Shown piece by piece: positions 53,477 to 62,795 of a DNA stretch of 64,000 nt (the first letter of the stretch is position 1; the number at the start of each line of letters is the position of its first letter). Source of the stretch: an uncultured Bacilli bacterium (GTDB taxonomy: Bacteria; Bacillota_I; Bacilli_A; RFN20; CAG-826); contig CALVSB010000004.1 in NCBI GenBank assembly GCA_944358895.1, forward strand, positions 21,236 to 85,235, in the 5' to 3' direction. The position numbers and the translations under genes were made by a program. The notes below the pieces were generated by a model, which searched no databases, was not told the origin of the DNA, and saw only the letters and a program-made list of their open reading frames with translations.

Positions 53477-54179
53477 TGCCGTCCGTCCCCTCTTCGACAA
53501 GCGTTCCGTTCGCTCGCTTAAGTTCGACCAGAATATCAGTAAGAAGTTCCTCCTGGGTCGGTTTCGGGGGCTCGGGTTCGGCTACGACCGGACGTTCTTC
53601 CGGGTGCTTCTTGTAGTACTCTTCTTTGGCTTTTTCTGCTAAAAGAAGACGCTTTTGCTGGAGATAAGTGAAAATTCTAACGATAACGAAAAGTGTGATA
53701 GCGATGACGAGGAAAGATATAACAGCGTTTATGAAGCTGCCCCAATCGATGAGGGCCGAACCATTGTAGTAATAGATATTCCCGTGAAGGGTGTATTTGC
53801 TGAGGAGTTCGCTCCGGGCCGTCGTCAAGGAGCCTTCAAGGTTATAGACGGTGGCATAGCGATTCACCATCTCGGTCACCACGTCGGGATCCGACGAGAA
53901 CGTCTGGCCGATGCCTTCGATGCCTGCTTGGGCCGCATTGGCCGCCGGCAAAACAGTAACGAGACCCGAAAGCCCACCAGGAACGCCCCATGTGCAAATG
54001 CTCATCAAGATGCTGACAAGGGTATTGACCACCGCATTGAAGGCGCCGCCAATGATGACGCCAACGGCCAAGTCGATGACTGAGCCTTTGCTCGCGAAAG
54101 CCTTGAAGGCTTCCCACGTCGCCTTGATTCTCTTTAGGAACTTATGCTCCCGCTTTTTCTTAGTTTTCTTTTCGACCAT
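53451..54179 (-). CDS. mscL: Large-conductance mechanosensitive channel
   Basis: FKAFASKGSVIDLAVGVIIGGAF, WGSFINAVISF, EELLTDI. Confidence 0.92.
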   Translation of the reverse strand: MVEKKTKKKREHKFLKRIKATWEAFKAFASKGSVIDLAVGVIIGGAFNAVVNTLVSILMSICTWGVPGGLSGLVTVLPAANAAQAGIEGIGQTFSSDPDVVTEMVNRYATVYNLEGSLTTARSELLSKYTLHGNIYYYNGSALIDWGSFINAVISFLVIAITLFVIVRIFTYLQQKRLLLAEKAKEEYYKKHPEERPVVAEPEPPKPTQEELLTDILVELKRANGTLVEEGTDGNDASKDPA

Positions 54180-54279
54180 TGATGATGCCTTTCTCTACGC
54201 AAGCGATTTTGTCCCCTTTCGGCCTGGCAAGGCAAGCCAAAACCTTGAAATAAAATGCCCATGGTCTATAAATAAGGCC

Positions 54280-55041
54280 GTGTTTTTTGATTGGATTAGC
54301 ATCGTTTTTCTGGCGATTCTCATAATTGCCTTCGTCATCGGGCTTTCCCGGGGGTTTATTGCCTCCATAAGTGTAAGCCTCGGCGCAATCATTGGACTCG
54401 TGGTCGCTTTCTTTGCCGCCAAGCCGCTAGCCTCCTCCCTTATGGGAGCCGGCGTTTTTAATTCCCTCAACGACCAAGTCCTCAACTACATCAAGGAAGC
54501 GCTCCGGCAAAGCGGCTACTCGAATTACATCAATCTCAGTATGTCGGCATCGGCCTTCACTCAAAATGCCGACTTCGTTGTCGCCGTCTTCGAGGCCTTG
54601 AAGATTCCGCAAGTCTTTCAAAGCATCATCTTGAACCTCGTGATAGCTACGCTTCCAAAAACGGGCAACGTCATCGTTTCCGAAGCTTTCAGTACCGGGA
54701 TTACTTATACGATCGCGATCGTCATCTCCTTCATTGCAATCTTCGCCCTGATCTTCATTGTCTTCATCATCGTCAAGATCGTCGCCTGGGCCCTCCGCAG
54801 GGCGGGGCACAAGAGGCCTTCAATGCTTTCAAGGATAGCCGGCGGCATCATTCAGCTGGCAAACAGCTTTCTATTCATCTATATCATTGCTTTCGTTCTA
54901 GCGATGCTTGCCTCCTCCGTTCCCGCCATTGGGCAAGAGCTCACGAATATCCTCCATTTGGGCACGAACGACTGGTCTTTTGCCAAGTGGCTCGTTGAAA
55001 ACAACGCAATCTCCCACTGGATCTCTGGCTTTTTCAATTAA
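54280..55041 (+). CDS. CvpA (colicin V production) family membrane protein
   Basis: GTG start; DWISIV...GLSRGFI and LSRIAGGII. Confidence 0.75.
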   Translation: MFFDWISIVFLAILIIAFVIGLSRGFIASISVSLGAIIGLVVAFFAAKPLASSLMGAGVFNSLNDQVLNYIKEALRQSGYSNYINLSMSASAFTQNADFVVAVFEALKIPQVFQSIILNLVIATLPKTGNVIVSEAFSTGITYTIAIVISFIAIFALIFIVFIIVKIVAWALRRAGHKRPSMLSRIAGGIIQLANSFLFIYIIAFVLAMLASSVPAIGQELTNILHLGTNDWSFAKWLVENNAISHWISGFFN

Positions 55042-55241
55042 CAAAATTCGTTTCAAAGGAATTGTCGGGCTTTTTTGTCCTTTTCTAAACTGTGTCTAAA
55101 AAGGCCATCCGGCATATTGATTTCTGAAAGAACCCTGAATTAAGTCCAAAAACACCCGCTTTTCTCGCCCCAAAAAAGACATTTTTGAAAAACGCGTCTC
55201 AAGATGTCAAAAATGCAAGGAAATAAGTCCAAGCAAATTGA

Positions 55242-55269
55242 TTGAAAATGGGATACGCCCGTTTAAGAT
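55242..55269 (+). promoter_or_regulatory. Putative promoter of nrdD
   Basis: TTGAAA-N16-TAAGAT. Confidence 0.55.
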
Positions 55270-55373
55270 AGCAAGCGACGGGAGGACCCCCCTGGATTCA
55301 ATAGCGCCTGTTGCACCGACCCGGCGTTTTGAAACCCCCAAGTCCGTCCCATCCGAAAGAGAGGAAACACATT

Positions 55374-57761
55374 ATGCTGCGCGTTAAGAAAAGAGACGGC
55401 TCGATCGTCGACTTCGAGCTCAAGAAAATCATGGAGGCCATGAGCAAGGCCTTCAGCGCCGAACACGTCAATATCACCGATGACATTCTTGAAAGGCTGG
55501 CCCTCCGCGTTTCGAGCGAGATGCAGCCCAAGGTCAAGGACGATGTCATCGAAGTCGAGGACATCCAGGACGCGGTTGAAGTCGTCCTCATCGAAAGCGG
55601 GTATGTCCCAGTCGCCCGTAGCTACATGGACTACCGCAAGAAGCACGAAGAACTTCGCGAAATGAAGAACACCGAGCTCAACTACGCCAAGGTCGTCGAC
55701 AACTATCTCAAGATCAACGACTGGCGGGTCAAGGAGAATTCGACCGTTACCTACTCGGTCGGCGGACTCATCCTTTCCAACTCCGGTGCCGTTACCGCCA
55801 ACTACTGGCTCTCGCAGGTCTACGACAAGGAAATCGCGGATGCCCACCGCAATGCGGACATGCACATCCACGACCTTTCGATGCTCACCGGTTACTGCGC
55901 CGGCTGGAGCCTCAAACAGCTCATTCAGGAAGGCCTCGGCGGGGTCGCCGGCAAGATCACTTCTTCCCCAGCCCGTCACCTCATGACCCTCTGCAACCAG
56001 ATGGTCAACTTCCTCGGCATCATGCAAAACGAGTGGGCCGGCGCCCAGGCTTTCAGCAGCTTCGACACCTACCTCGCTCCTTTCGTCAAGGCCGACAACC
56101 TCTCGTATAAGGAAGTGAAGCAAGCCATCCAGAGCTTCATCTACGGCGTCAACACGCCCTCGCGCTGGGGCACTCAGGCTCCGTTCACCAACATCACCCT
56201 CGACTGGACGGTCCCCGATGACATGGTCGAGCTCAACTGCATCGTCGGCGGCAAGGAAATGCCGTTCAAATACAAGGACTGCGTCGAGGAAATGCGGATG
56301 GTCAACAAGGCCTTCATCGAGGTCATGATCGAAGGCGACGCCAACGGACGCGGCTTCCAATACCCGATCCCGACCTACTCGATCACGAAGGACTTCGACT
56401 GGTCCGACACCGAGAACAACCGTCTTCTCTTCACGATGACGGCCAAGTACGGCACTCCTTACTTCTCCAACTACATCAATAGCGACATGAAGCCGAGCGA
56501 CGTCCGCAGCATGTGCTGCCGCCTCCGCCTCGACCTCCGCGAACTTCGTAAGAAGAGCGGCGGCTACTTCGGCTCGGGCGAATCGACTGGATCGATCGGC
56601 GTCGTCACTCTCAACATGCCGCGGCTTGCTTACCTCGCGACGGACAAGGAAGACTTCTATGCCCGCCTCGATCGCCTCATGGACATCGCGGCCCGCTCCC
56701 TCGCCATCAAGAGGAAGACGGTCACGGCTCTCCTCGAAGCCGGCCTCTATCCGTACACCAAGCACTACCTCGGAAGCTTCAACAACCACTTCTCGACGAT
56801 CGGCCTCGTCGGCATGAACGAAGCCTGCCTCAATGCCCGCTGGATCCGCCAGGACCTCACGCACAAAGAAGCCGACGACTTCACGGTCGAGGTTCTCAAC
56901 CACATGAGGAACCGCCTCTCCGATTATCAGGAGCGGTACGGCGACCTCTACAACCTCGAGGCGACGCCGGCCGAATCGACCGCCTACCGCCTTGCCAAGC
57001 ATGACCGCGAACGCTACCCGGACATCATCTGCGCCGGCGACAATGCGGGCACGCCCTATTACACCAACAGCTCGCACCTCCCGGTCGGCTTCACGAGCGA
57101 CATCTTCGAAGCCCTCGACATCGAAGATCAGTTCCAGACCCTTTATACCTCCGGCACCGTCTTCCATGCCTTCCTCGGGCAGCGCCTTCCCAACTGGGAA
57201 AGCTGCATGAAGCTCGTTCGGAAGATTGCCGAGAACTACAAGCTCCCCTACTACACGATGTCTCCGACCTACTCGGTCTGCCCCGATCACGGCTACATCA
57301 CCGGCGAGCAGTGGAAGTGCCCGGTCTGCGGCAAGACCACCGAGGTCTACTCGCGGATCACCGGATACTACCGCCCGGTCAAGAACTGGAACGAAGGCAA
57401 GGTCCAGGAATTCAAGGACCGCAAGACCTACATCATTCGGGAAAACGAGAACCCGGTCATCACCGAGAACGCTTCCTGCAAGGTCCAAACCCCGAGCAAG
57501 GGCGCCCCGGTCCCGACTCATGCGATCCTCTTCACCTCGCCGACTTGCCCCAACTGCAAGATGGCCAAGATGATGCTCGACCGCGAACACATCGACTACG
57601 AAAACATCAACGCCATGGAAAAGAAGGACCTAGCCAAGGAGTACGGCGTCAGCAAGGCTCCGACGCTCATCGTCCCGCATGGCGACAGCTACGACATCTA
57701 CGACAACGCTTCTCTTATCCGCGGCTACATCGAAGCGAGCAAGGGGAGCCATGCGTCCTGA
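55374..57761 (+). CDS. nrdD: Class III ribonucleotide reductase with ATP cone and C-terminal glutaredoxin-like domain
   Basis: VKKRDG ATP cone, SMCCRL, EATPAE, CxxH/CxxC, SRITGYY glycyl-radical motif, TCPNCK. Confidence 0.96.
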   Translation: MLRVKKRDGSIVDFELKKIMEAMSKAFSAEHVNITDDILERLALRVSSEMQPKVKDDVIEVEDIQDAVEVVLIESGYVPVARSYMDYRKKHEELREMKNTELNYAKVVDNYLKINDWRVKENSTVTYSVGGLILSNSGAVTANYWLSQVYDKEIADAHRNADMHIHDLSMLTGYCAGWSLKQLIQEGLGGVAGKITSSPARHLMTLCNQMVNFLGIMQNEWAGAQAFSSFDTYLAPFVKADNLSYKEVKQAIQSFIYGVNTPSRWGTQAPFTNITLDWTVPDDMVELNCIVGGKEMPFKYKDCVEEMRMVNKAFIEVMIEGDANGRGFQYPIPTYSITKDFDWSDTENNRLLFTMTAKYGTPYFSNYINSDMKPSDVRSMCCRLRLDLRELRKKSGGYFGSGESTGSIGVVTLNMPRLAYLATDKEDFYARLDRLMDIAARSLAIKRKTVTALLEAGLYPYTKHYLGSFNNHFSTIGLVGMNEACLNARWIRQDLTHKEADDFTVEVLNHMRNRLSDYQERYGDLYNLEATPAESTAYRLAKHDRERYPDIICAGDNAGTPYYTNSSHLPVGFTSDIFEALDIEDQFQTLYTSGTVFHAFLGQRLPNWESCMKLVRKIAENYKLPYYTMSPTYSVCPDHGYITGEQWKCPVCGKTTEVYSRITGYYRPVKNWNEGKVQEFKDRKTYIIRENENPVITENASCKVQTPSKGAPVPTHAILFTSPTCPNCKMAKMMLDREHIDYENINAMEKKDLAKEYGVSKAPTLIVPHGDSYDIYDNASLIRGYIEASKGSHAS

Positions 57762-58674
57762 TCTGTTGATCATCGGCGGAGGGCCGGCGGGAATGACCGC
57801 CGCCCTTTATGCATTAAGGGCCGGCAAAAGCGTCATGCTTCTCGAAAAGAGTGCCTTCGGCGGCCAAATCGCCGAAAGCCCGCTCGTCGAGAATATCCCG
57901 TCCATCGCCTCGATTTCCGGGCAGGAGTACGCCTCCCGCCTCTTCGACCAGATCTCGAATCTCGGGGTCGGGTTCGATATGGACAACGTGACCGGCATCG
58001 TCAAAAACGACGGCTACTTCACGGCCCAAGGCGAATACGGTTCCTACGAGGCCCGCGCGGTCATCATCGCGACCGGCTGCCGCCCCCGGAAGCTGGCCAT
58101 TCCCGGCGAAGAGAAATTCCTCGGCAAGGGCGTCAGCTACTGCGCCGTCTGCGACGGAGCCTTCTACGAGGGAAAGGAAGTGGCAGTCATCGGCGATGCC
58201 AATAGCGCCATCGTCTACGCCCTCAGCCTCTCCGACCTCTGCAAAAAGGTTACCGTCTGCACCCTCTTCGACAAATTCTTCGGGGAGGAAGCTGCCGTCA
58301 AGGTTCTGCTCGCTCGGCCCAACGTCGAGGTCATCCACGACGTATCGGCTACGTCCTTCAACGGAGGAGAAAGCCTAGAAAGCATTTCCTTCAAAAGGAA
58401 GGACGGAAGCGCCTTCGACTTAAAAGCCGACGGCTGCTTCGTCGCGATCGGCCAGCTGCCGGACAACGCCCGGTTCGAAGGCCTCGTGAAACTCGACGGC
58501 AACGGCTTCATCCTCGTCGACGAGGGGATGGGGACCACGACCGAAGGCATCTATGCCGCCGGCGATTGCCGCCAAAAGAAAATCCGCCAAGTCGTCGCGG
58601 CGGAATCCGACGGAGCCATCGCGGCCCTATCGGCAATCGATTATCTGAACAAACTCGACGCGGCTCAATCGTAG
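57751..58674 (+). CDS. trxB: Thioredoxin reductase
   Basis: GGGPAG, GVSYCAVCDG, GIYAAGD; ATG 57751 overlaps the nrdD end. Confidence 0.92.
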   Translation: MRPDLLIIGGGPAGMTAALYALRAGKSVMLLEKSAFGGQIAESPLVENIPSIASISGQEYASRLFDQISNLGVGFDMDNVTGIVKNDGYFTAQGEYGSYEARAVIIATGCRPRKLAIPGEEKFLGKGVSYCAVCDGAFYEGKEVAVIGDANSAIVYALSLSDLCKKVTVCTLFDKFFGEEAAVKVLLARPNVEVIHDVSATSFNGGESLESISFKRKDGSAFDLKADGCFVAIGQLPDNARFEGLVKLDGNGFILVDEGMGTTTEGIYAAGDCRQKKIRQVVAAESDGAIAALSAIDYLNKLDAAQS

Positions 58675-59366
58675 CCGCGGAGCTCGCACCTCTCGACGTA
58701 CTTGAGAAGGATGGCCCTGTAAAGCAGGGCCTTTTCTTTTGGCACGGTGTGGAAGCCCTGGGCAATGCAATTCTTGTTGTCGATGAATTCCTGGAGGTAA
58801 AGGACCTTGGCCCCGCGGATCATTTTGCCAAGAGTCTCGATATCCTCCTTCGTATGGAATTCCTCGACGAGGGTCGTCCGGAATTCGTAGCGGACCGGGG
58901 AAGTCAAAAGATAGGTAAAGGATTCCTTCACCGGGGCGAAATTGAGATTCTTGACTCCCACTGTTTCGGCGTAGCGGGCCTCGCAGTTCTTGATGTCCAT
59001 CGCGACATAGTCAACGAGCCCTTGCTCGACAGCCACGCGGAGCTGGACGGGATCGCTGCCGTTGGTATCCAGCTTGATTTTGTAACCGAGGCTTTTGATG
59101 TCGGCAAGCTTGTCGAGGAGATCAGGCATCATCGTCGGCTCTCCGCCGGTGACGCATACGGCATCAAGGACATTCTTTCTCTTCGAAAGGTAGTCCATGA
59201 TCTCACTCCAAGGGATATGCCCGACCTTTCCTGGCTCAAGGACGAGAGAAGAGTTATGGCACCACGGGCAGCGGAATGGGCAGCCGGCCATGAAGAGAGT
59301 CGTCGTTATATTGTCGTCGTAGTCGACGAGCGAAAGTTTTTCCCAACCTGAAAAATCCATGGACAT
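58665..59366 (-). CDS. nrdG: Anaerobic RNR activating radical-SAM enzyme (start 59366 or 59360)
   Basis: SLVDYD, GCPFRCPWCHN, TGGEPT, KLDTNG, EFRTT. Confidence 0.92.
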   Translation of the reverse strand: MSMDFSGWEKLSLVDYDDNITTTLFMAGCPFRCPWCHNSSLVLEPGKVGHIPWSEIMDYLSKRKNVLDAVCVTGGEPTMMPDLLDKLADIKSLGYKIKLDTNGSDPVQLRVAVEQGLVDYVAMDIKNCEARYAETVGVKNLNFAPVKESFTYLLTSPVRYEFRTTLVEEFHTKEDIETLGKMIRGAKVLYLQEFIDNKNCIAQGFHTVPKEKALLYRAILLKYVERCELRGYD

Positions 59367-59505
59367 ACTTTAGCCCAATAGCGAAGAGAAAGGGCAAAAG
59401 AGGCTCAGGAATTGGCCATAAGTCGAAAAAACATCCGCAAAAAGGGCTTTTTTTGGCAAAAATAAAATCCAGCCGCCCGTAAGCGACCGGATGAAGCGTT
59501 CCGCT

Positions 59506-59581
59506 TGGTGGAGCTAACGGGGATCGAACCCGCGACCTCATCGTTGCGAACGATGCGCTCTCCCAACTGAGCTACAGCCCC
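59506..59581 (-). tRNA. tRNA-Ala (anticodon CGC)
   Basis: GGGGCTGTAGCTCAGTTGGGAGAGCGCATCGTTCGCAACGATGAGGTCGCGGGTTCGATCCCCGTTAGCTCCACCA; G3:U70, encoded CCA; TTTACT-N17-TATAAT promoter upstream. Confidence 0.97.
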
Positions 59582-59632
59582 AAACGCCCCGACATTATAG
59601 GGAGGTAAACCCCGGTAGTAAAGAGAAAACCC

Positions 59633-60943
59633 TCACTCCGGATCCCCGGACGGGCCGGGCTCTTTTTCTTCGTAGTCGATGGCGTTTTCCGTTGGGGAAG
59701 GGAGCTGGTTTTTGCTTATCGCATCAAAGCGATTGCCGATCTTTTTGACGGTCGTCCCGAATTCGGTCGAACGCTTCTCGAGGGTCGAGATCGTCTTCGA
59801 AAGGTCGTTCCACCGATCGATGAAGCGGCCGAATTCCTTGCCCAGTTTCCCTAGTTCCTCGTTGATGATCTTGAGGTTTTTGTTGCGCTCGCTATCGACG
59901 GCAGCGTTATGGAAAAGGACGATGATGGCCTGAAGGGTTGACGGGCAGGAAACGATGACGTGTTCAGACCGAGCCTCGCTTAGAAGATCCGGATAATGGG
60001 ACGAGATATAGGCATAAACCCCATCATTGGGAATGAAGACAACGGCACTGTCGACGGTCTTGCCATGGATGATGTACTTGCTCGCCACCTCCTTAATTCG
60101 GCCGCGGACAGCCTGTTTGAAAGAGCGGCTCAAGGCTTGGCGCTCGGCCTCGTCCGCTTCTTCGCCGGCAAAGAGTTTCTGATAGTCGGCAAACGGGAAC
60201 TTGGAGTCGATGCAGAGTTTGATCTGTCCTTCGGCGCCTTGGAAGATGATGGTTGCATCGGGCCGCCGCTTGAAGCCATCGTCCTCGATCCCGAGATCGT
60301 CCTGGATTTCGTAGTACTTGCCCTTGCCATCCGGGAAGGTGCTTTCAAGGAGCATCTCAAGCTGCAGTTCCCCGTATTGGCCGCGGGTTTGGTTGTTAGA
60401 AAGGACGTTGTTCAGGGAGACGACTTGCTTCTGCAAGGAGTCGAGGTTCTTCTGAGCCTCATCGATTTTGACAAGCCGGGTCTTAACCTCGGTCATGGCC
60501 TCGGAGTTTTGCTTGAAGCCGTTCTGCAGGGACTCGTCTACTTTCTTATTGATGTCCAAAAGGTTCTTGTCGATCTTGCCGCTTAGTTCCATGACGCGGT
60601 TGGTCAGGGCTTCATTCATCTTGTCGACCCGCTCGTTGAGGGTCTTGTTCATCGAAAGAAGAGAGGTAGAAAGCGTCTCGCTCATGCCTTTTTGAAAGGT
60701 GGCCAATTGCTCGAGCGACCGTTCGCTGTTTTGGCCGATTTCCTTGCTCACGGAGGTCATTTTTTCCGCAAAAGTCATCTCGATTTTCTGATTGATGGCT
60801 TTTTCCTGCCCTTCAAGTTTCGCCTCAAGGCGACCGTAGGAGGACGAATCGCCACCGCTTTTCTTCTTAAGAACAACGATAAGTCCAATAACCGATAGGG
60901 CAATAAGAACGGCCAATAGGGCAATGATTACGTACTCGATCAT
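59633..60943 (-). CDS. rmuC: DNA recombination protein RmuC
   Basis: N-terminal TM and coiled coil, RGQYGELQLE, RPDA, IDSKFP; start ATG 60943. Confidence 0.93.
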   Translation of the reverse strand: MIEYVIIALLAVLIALSVIGLIVVLKKKSGGDSSSYGRLEAKLEGQEKAINQKIEMTFAEKMTSVSKEIGQNSERSLEQLATFQKGMSETLSTSLLSMNKTLNERVDKMNEALTNRVMELSGKIDKNLLDINKKVDESLQNGFKQNSEAMTEVKTRLVKIDEAQKNLDSLQKQVVSLNNVLSNNQTRGQYGELQLEMLLESTFPDGKGKYYEIQDDLGIEDDGFKRRPDATIIFQGAEGQIKLCIDSKFPFADYQKLFAGEEADEAERQALSRSFKQAVRGRIKEVASKYIIHGKTVDSAVVFIPNDGVYAYISSHYPDLLSEARSEHVIVSCPSTLQAIIVLFHNAAVDSERNKNLKIINEELGKLGKEFGRFIDRWNDLSKTISTLEKRSTEFGTTVKKIGNRFDAISKNQLPSPTENAIDYEEKEPGPSGDPE

Positions 60944-61107
60944 GAAAAAACCTCTGCCATAGTTTATCGCGACTTTCGCTAAACACGGCCCCCAATTTTG
61001 CTCATTTTGATGGCAATAAATTGGCATAACGACATTCCTTCGAATCCGTCGATACCTCCGAAAGTCAAGGCCTGAACTTGAAGATTTCCCCGCTTAGAAT
61101 GAGGCCT

Positions 61108-62352
61108 ATGAAGCGAACGATTGCCGTCATCGATCTCAAGAGTTTTTATGCCTCGTGCGAGTGCGCCTGCCGGCACCTCGATCCTTTTTCGACGCCCCTC
61201 GTTTGCTGCGATCCCTACCGCTCCGGCTCCTCGGTCGTCATGAGCGTCTCGCCCTTTCTCAAAGAGCGCTACGGCATTCCCAACGTCTGCCGCCGACGCG
61301 ACCTGCCCGACATCGATGGCATGATCTACGCCATCCCGCGGATGAGCTATTACCTCAAGGTCTCGGCCAAGGTTCTGTCCATCTTCCTCGACTACGTGGC
61401 CCTCGAGGACATCCATGTCTACTCGGTCGACGAATCATTCCTGGACCTGACGAGCTACCTTTCTTATTACCGGTGTTCCCCCGAAACGATCGTTAAGAGA
61501 ATTCAGGGGGATATCAAAAGGAAACTCGGCATCACGGCAACGGCCGGTATCAGTGAGAACATGTTCCTCGCCAAGTGCGCCCTCGACAAGGAAGGGAAAA
61601 AGCGCTCGCCTTTCATTGCGAACTGGAAACTCGAGGAAGGGAGAGAGCGCCTTCAAAAGTTTTATCCCCTCGACGAAATATGGGGCATAGCCGAAGGAAT
61701 CAGCGCTCGGCTCCACCGCCGCGGCATCCGCTCTCTCAAGGATCTCGCCGCTTCTTCGCCCGACATGCTCAAAAGGGAGTTCGGCATCATGGGCGAGCAG
61801 CTCTACGGCATGTCGAATGGCATCGACCATAGCCGCCTGAACGAAAAATACGAGCCAGTCGATCCTTCTCTTACCCTCGGCCAGACTCTCAACCGCGATT
61901 ACCGAGGTGCCGAGATTTCCCTTCTCGTCCGCGAGATGGGCGAGGAACTCGCCGTCCGCCTTCGCGCCCAGGAAAAACTCGCCGGCAAGGTTTCCCTCAT
62001 GCTCGGCTATAGTGACGGCCTTCGGCCCTTCAGCCGTCAACGGAGCCTCGCCTATCCGACCGACGACACCTCAACCCTTGTTTCCAGCCTCCTTTTCCTT
62101 CTCCGCGGCGCCAGCGGAAAGCTGCCGATCCGTTCCCTATCGATTGCCTTCGGGAAGCTCGTCGACCCCAGCTATGAACAGCTCTCCCTCTTCGAGGACG
62201 TCGAAGAAAATGACCGGAGGCGGCGTTTGGCCCGGGCCACCGATGCCATCCATTCCCTTTTCGGGCGCGATTCCCTCGTCCCCTGCTCGGCCCTCACCAA
62301 GGCCTCGACCCTCAAAATGCGCCACGGGCAAATCGGAGGCCATAAGCAATGA
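61108..62352 (+). CDS. Y-family DNA polymerase (UmuC/UvrX/YqjW-like)
   Basis: IDLKSFYASCE, YSVDESFLD, C-terminal EQLSLF clamp motif, QIGGH terminus. Confidence 0.92.
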   Translation: MKRTIAVIDLKSFYASCECACRHLDPFSTPLVCCDPYRSGSSVVMSVSPFLKERYGIPNVCRRRDLPDIDGMIYAIPRMSYYLKVSAKVLSIFLDYVALEDIHVYSVDESFLDLTSYLSYYRCSPETIVKRIQGDIKRKLGITATAGISENMFLAKCALDKEGKKRSPFIANWKLEEGRERLQKFYPLDEIWGIAEGISARLHRRGIRSLKDLAASSPDMLKREFGIMGEQLYGMSNGIDHSRLNEKYEPVDPSLTLGQTLNRDYRGAEISLLVREMGEELAVRLRAQEKLAGKVSLMLGYSDGLRPFSRQRSLAYPTDDTSTLVSSLLFLLRGASGKLPIRSLSIAFGKLVDPSYEQLSLFEDVEENDRRRRLARATDAIHSLFGRDSLVPCSALTKASTLKMRHGQIGGHKQ

Positions 62353-62678
62353 GCGACCGCGGCATGAAGAAATGGCTCCCCTACAAGTCGCTCACCGAGC
62401 AAGGCGGGTACCTCAGCGAAATCATCGCCCGCAAATCGATTGAGGAAAAGCCCATCCCCTTGGAAGACGAGGCCCGGAAGATCGACTCTTTCTTGCGGAG
62501 CTACGAGGGAGGCGAAATCGAGCTTCGCTATTTTGCCTCCGGCCACGTCCACTCCTGCAAAGACGTTCCCGAAAAGATTGATTTCCGCGCGAAACGGCTT
62601 GTTTTCCCTTCTTTTGAGATCCCCTTTTCCTCCATCGTCGAAATAATCGCCGAGGAAGATTTCGACATTCCCCAATAA
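62349..62678 (+). CDS. YolD-like protein
   Basis: DRGMKKWLPYKSL N-terminus; coupled (ATGA) to the Y-family polymerase. Confidence 0.8.
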   Translation: MSDRGMKKWLPYKSLTEQGGYLSEIIARKSIEEKPIPLEDEARKIDSFLRSYEGGEIELRYFASGHVHSCKDVPEKIDFRAKRLVFPSFEIPFSSIVEIIAEEDFDIPQ

Positions 62679-62795
62679 AAAGCCCGCCTTCCTTCTTAAT
62701 AGGTTGAATCCCACGATTGTTCGGGGTTCAAGGAAGGCCCCCATCATATAGCCCCCCAGGGGGCCTTCTAATTACTTAAGGGGTATAATTGGGAC

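Noticed and set aside
47314-55041. Lower-GC region considered as a horizontally acquired island
   Set aside because: Genes are housekeeping types, there are no mobility genes, and weaker codon bias is explained by lower expression
55042-55373. NrdR boxes or cobalamin riboswitch upstream of nrdD
   Set aside because: Neither the acaCwAtATaTwGtg consensus nor B12-box elements are visible
59367-59632. tRNA as an integration site for a genomic island
   Set aside because: No integrase and no duplicated tRNA 3' end seen; flanked by housekeeping genes
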